64,000 bases of DNA. It comes from an uncultured Bacilli bacterium. GTDB taxonomy: Bacteria > Bacillota_I > Bacilli_A > RF39 > UBA660. Below the pieces are notes generated by a model that ran no database searches, was not told the origin of the DNA, and saw only the letters and a program-made list of their open reading frames with translations. Location: NCBI GenBank assembly GCA_934130005.1, contig CAKOXD010000003.1, positions 41,980 through 105,979 on the forward strand, read 5' to 3'. How positions within the stretch are numbered: the first letter of the stretch is position 1; each line of letters begins with the position of its first letter. The position numbers were made by a program, and so were the translations under genes. This document shows, piece after piece, positions 61,273 to 64,000 of this stretch.

Positions 61273-62190
61273 TTACCTACTTCTTATATCACTTAGTACC
61301 CAGTCATGTTCACCTGTTGTAATTACACTCTTACAGTATTCACATTTACCTGATGATGTAATTTCTGTAGGTGCTCCACAATTTGGACAGTTAGTTACAG
61401 ATTTATTACTCATACCTGGTTCTGTTTTAACGCCTGCTTTACGATTAAATACCATGACATATTTCATATACCAATCTTTATTTGGATCACTTTCTAATAC
61501 TTTACCTGTTACTTCATCTATCACATAATCTCTCATAACAGCATCTAGATAAACAGTAAGTACTTCTTTATCTCCATCTACACTAAATGATTGTAATGAA
61601 ACTTGTTTTATTGCAATTTTTTCTACTTTATTAATTTTTTTATTTTTAATATATTCTTCTAATTGGCTATTATGTTGGCTAAATAATTCATTTGATTCAA
61701 ATGGTCTTATTTCTTCCCACTTACGATCTGACCATGCTTGTTGTATTTTTAAGAATACTTCTCTAACCCATCCAACAAATGCATCTGATGAGAAGTTTGG
61801 ATCTATTTCCCTTATTTGTTTTGCTACATTTTCAGTATTATCATATATGTGTGGTACAGTATTTTGAACACTATGATTATTTAAATCATTACTTATATTA
61901 TTTAATACACCTTTTTTCTTCAGTATAATAAATCCAATTATTACTCCAAATAAAATTAAAATAGTTGGTATTGGTCCTAATATATCGAACATTAACCATA
62001 TAAGCCAAAAAATATCACCATCACTATCACTACTACTTGAACTTGAGCTTGAACTACTTGATGAACTACTGTATCTGTTATTATTTCCAACATCTGCACT
62101 TACATTAGGAATACTTGCAAAAATAACTCCTAATACTAAAACAATGCATGAAATTATACAAAAATATTTTATGATTTTTTTCTTATTCAC
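61273..62190 (-). CDS. Membrane protein with poly-Ser tract, Tim44-like domain and C-terminal zinc ribbon
   Basis: 305 aa with a signal/TM, SSSSSSSSSSSSSS, a second TM and a Tim44-like region. It ends CPNCGAPTEITSSGKCEYCKSVITTGEHDWVLSDIRSR and is a paralogue of 60557..61270. Confidence 0.5.
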   Translation of the reverse strand: MNKKKIIKYFCIISCIVLVLGVIFASIPNVSADVGNNNRYSSSSSSSSSSSSSSDSDGDIFWLIWLMFDILGPIPTILILFGVIIGFIILKKKGVLNNISNDLNNHSVQNTVPHIYDNTENVAKQIREIDPNFSSDAFVGWVREVFLKIQQAWSDRKWEEIRPFESNELFSQHNSQLEEYIKNKKINKVEKIAIKQVSLQSFSVDGDKEVLTVYLDAVMRDYVIDEVTGKVLESDPNKDWYMKYVMVFNRKAGVKTEPGMSNKSVTNCPNCGAPTEITSSGKCEYCKSVITTGEHDWVLSDIRSR

Positions 62191-62341
62191 TATACCCTCC
62201 TTTATAGAGTTTATAATAAATTATATTCATTAAAAGACTTTTTACCACCTACCAATTCTAATAAAATTATATCATTAAAAAAACACAAAGTAAATTACTT
62301 TATGTTTTTTTATTATTATATTTTATTTATAAATAGAATAA

Positions 62342-63610
62342 TTATTTTCCAACATATGTTATTTTAACATATCCATTTCCTTTTTTTGCATAATTACTTA
62401 TCGGTGTTTCTGACGCATTTGTAGTTGATATAGTTTTAGTTGCTTCTTCATTTGATTCCTTACAATTATAACAATACATTGCTTTTTCTTTTAACGATGC
62501 ATTACCAATATATGAAGAGCCACCACCACCAGAGCCAGCTCTAGCTCCAGAACTGCTTATCCAAGCTCCACCAGATCCACCATAAAATCCAGCTCCGCCT
62601 CCACCGGCCCAATATTTGCCAGAAGCACCATTTAAATTTTCTGCATTTGACCCATAACCAAAACCGCCAATCACAGTTGCATCATTAGATCCAGATGGTT
62701 TCATTCCTCCTGCTGTCTGTGTTCCACCATAACCATAATATGACTCAAGACCTATTCCATCTACTCCAATATATCCACCTGCACTTCCACCAGCATTTTT
62801 TTCTTCAGAGACTCCACCTCCCCCTCCAGATACAATTAAAATTGAGGGAATATCTTCTGATAATTCTTTTAATAATCCACTTTTTGTTGCAATATGAGTT
62901 GCTCCGCCTCCTCCTAATGCAAGATTATTATAGTTACTATTTACATTGGCGTTTCCTCCTCCATTATATCCACCAACATAATTATTACTTGTTCCTCCTA
63001 CTTGCAAATATAGTATATCATCTTTTTTCAATTGGATTTTTCCTGTTGAATATCCACCATATCCACCTATTTTATTATCACTTTCAATAGTGCCTCCTTG
63101 GGCTCCCCATGTTTCAAGTAAATATATACCATTTGCAGGGATTGTAAGAATCTGTTCATTACCTGTATAATCAAATTCGTATACTTTTCCAACTAAACTC
63201 TCATCTATATCACTATTTTCTTTTGAATTACATTTTCCTGTTACCTCTGCTTTTTTAGAGTCATATTCTACAGTATATCCACTTATACATAATGATGCAT
63301 TAACTACTCTTTTCTTACTTATTGATATTTTACCACTATCAGGTTTTGTTCCCTTAACATTTATATTTGTTATTGTACTTATATCAATATCTTCCCCATC
63401 TTCTATTAATGAATATTTATCTTTGTTTATCATATTCATTGAATTATTATATTCAACTGCTTCTATATATCCGTATGCACTATCTACTGCTGCACTTTTT
63501 CTTGCATTATTTATCATGTTTAATATTATTGGTGTTGCGATTAATGCGATGATTGCTAATATCACTATTACTGCTAATAGTTCTATTAATGTAAAACCTC
63601 TTTTTTTCAT
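62342..63610 (-). CDS. Large prepilin-type (type IV pilin-like) protein with C-terminal Gly-rich domain
   Basis: The track ORF runs 62342..63664. The likely start is MKKRGFTLIELLAVIV (ATG at 63610), which has an AGGA RBS. Its first ~60 aa are near-identical to 57578..59266. The C-terminal ~200 aa are GGxGG/GSGG repeats. Confidence 0.6.
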   Translation of the reverse strand: MKKRGFTLIELLAVIVILAIIALIATPIILNMINNARKSAAVDSAYGYIEAVEYNNSMNMINKDKYSLIEDGEDIDISTITNINVKGTKPDSGKISISKKRVVNASLCISGYTVEYDSKKAEVTGKCNSKENSDIDESLVGKVYEFDYTGNEQILTIPANGIYLLETWGAQGGTIESDNKIGGYGGYSTGKIQLKKDDILYLQVGGTSNNYVGGYNGGGNANVNSNYNNLALGGGGATHIATKSGLLKELSEDIPSILIVSGGGGGVSEEKNAGGSAGGYIGVDGIGLESYYGYGGTQTAGGMKPSGSNDATVIGGFGYGSNAENLNGASGKYWAGGGGAGFYGGSGGAWISSSGARAGSGGGGSSYIGNASLKEKAMYCYNCKESNEEATKTISTTNASETPISNYAKKGNGYVKITYVGK

Positions 63611-63682
63611 TCTATTCCTACTTTCTACTACATATAGTATAATAAAAAAACTAACTTTTTTCAAGCTGTTTTTTGAAGTATA

Positions 63683-63970
63683 TTATTCTTTTAGTTTATT
63701 TATTTCTTCTTTAGTAATTCCTGTTGATGAAATAATTACATCAATATCAACATTGTTTTTTAAAAGATTTCTTGCTATTTCTAATTGTTTATCATGTTCT
63801 TGTTCTTTTAATTTTTTCTCTTGTTCTTTTAATTTTTTCTCTTGTTCTTTTAACTTTTTCTCTTGTTCTTTTAACTGTTCTTCTTTTCCTTTAAATTCCG
63901 ATATCATTTCATCATATTCACTCTTTAACTCTAAGTCTCTTTTACTATTCATATCAAATTCTATCATCAC
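63683..63970 (-). CDS. Coiled-coil protein with (KEQEKKL)n repeats and Rpn/YhgA-like C-terminal tail; may be the 3' part of a longer gene
   Basis: 95 aa in the track. …EIARNLLKNNVDIDVIISSTGITKEEINKLKE resembles the C-terminal motif of Rpn-family PD-(D/E)xK proteins. The open frame continues to the window edge. Confidence 0.3.
   Translation of the reverse strand: MMIEFDMNSKRDLELKSEYDEMISEFKGKEEQLKEQEKKLKEQEKKLKEQEKKLKEQEHDKQLEIARNLLKNNVDIDVIISSTGITKEEINKLKE
63790..63880. repeat. 4 x 21-bp perfect/near-perfect tandem repeat (ttttctcttgttcttttaa[c/t]t) within the CDS
   Basis: Direct inspection. It encodes the KEQEKKL heptads. Confidence 0.8.
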
Positions 63971-64000
63971 TTCATCATCTCCACTTAACCTAATAACTTC

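Noticed and set aside
57578-63664. Annotating this as a complete type IV pilus locus
   Set aside because: Only pilin-like substrates are present. No PilB/PilT ATPase, PilC platform or PilD peptidase is in the window, so a functional pilus system cannot be claimed from this sequence alone.
63790-63880. Possibility that the 21-bp tandem repeats are a CRISPR array
   Set aside because: The repeats are directly adjacent with no spacers and are in frame within a coding region. No CRISPR-like repeat-spacer structure occurs anywhere in the window.

Overview
This is a very AT-rich (roughly 23-25% GC by eye) chromosomal segment of a Clostridia-class Firmicute; the organism was not identified further. 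Almost every gene is on the minus strand, with about 60 densely packed CDSs. I saw no rRNA, tRNA or CRISPR array, and no integrase or transposase, apart from a possible Rpn-like fragment at the 3' edge.

Recognisable housekeeping and accessory content:
- a truncated division/cell-wall cluster (class B PBP, MraY, FtsW/RodA/SpoVE)
- LexA with clostridial-type GAAC-N4-GTTT boxes
- a MarR-regulated heterodimeric ABC exporter
- a hybrid histidine kinase plus Hpt-REC phosphorelay pair
- an NrtR-like Nudix regulator, QueH, a DagK-like lipid kinase, a P1B-type ATPase, a Fic toxin with a small upstream ORF, an M16 peptidase pair, formate-THF ligase, an SDR oxidoreductase, YhgE/Pip and a DUF853 NTPase.

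Surface and spore-type genes:
- a thioester-domain (TQxxxW) adhesin with CnaB-like repeats and an adjacent sortase
- a collagen-like GXX-repeat protein
- a DUF11-like protein
- an Asn-rich beta-helix-like protein
- an Ig-repeat/NodB polysaccharide deacetylase
- a BspA-type LRR membrane protein.

Observations I consider most worth follow-up:
1. A near-identical terminator/LexA-box-like operator/-35/-10/RBS cassette is duplicated upstream of two adjacent unrelated genes. One encodes a coiled-coil acyltransferase-like protein, the other a 384-aa protein of unknown function. The operator in both copies matches the third box of the lexA promoter.
2. A 45-aa single-TM peptide lies divergent from lexA and is a SosA/YneA-like candidate.
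3. A ~610-bp insert sits at the 3' end of ftsW, flanked by 101-bp direct repeats of the ftsW 3' end. It carries a promoter-driven 27-aa hydrophobic peptide whose 5'UTR has a 13-nt perfect complement downstream, making it a candidate type I toxin-antitoxin.
4. A four-gene operon encodes an LRR membrane protein, a radical SAM/SPASM protein with a novel ~220-aa C-terminal extension, a 118-aa protein with a Ser/Gly/Tyr-rich tail ending in poly-Asn, and a Zn-ribbon membrane protein.
5. An operon of two Tim44-like/Zn-ribbon proteins plus an SPFH/Zn-ribbon protein is flanked by two giant prepilin-type proteins (LamG-like and Gly-rich). Their first ~60 residues are almost identical.
6. A MATE transporter is fused to a cytidylate-kinase-like domain, directly upstream of the M16 peptidase pair.
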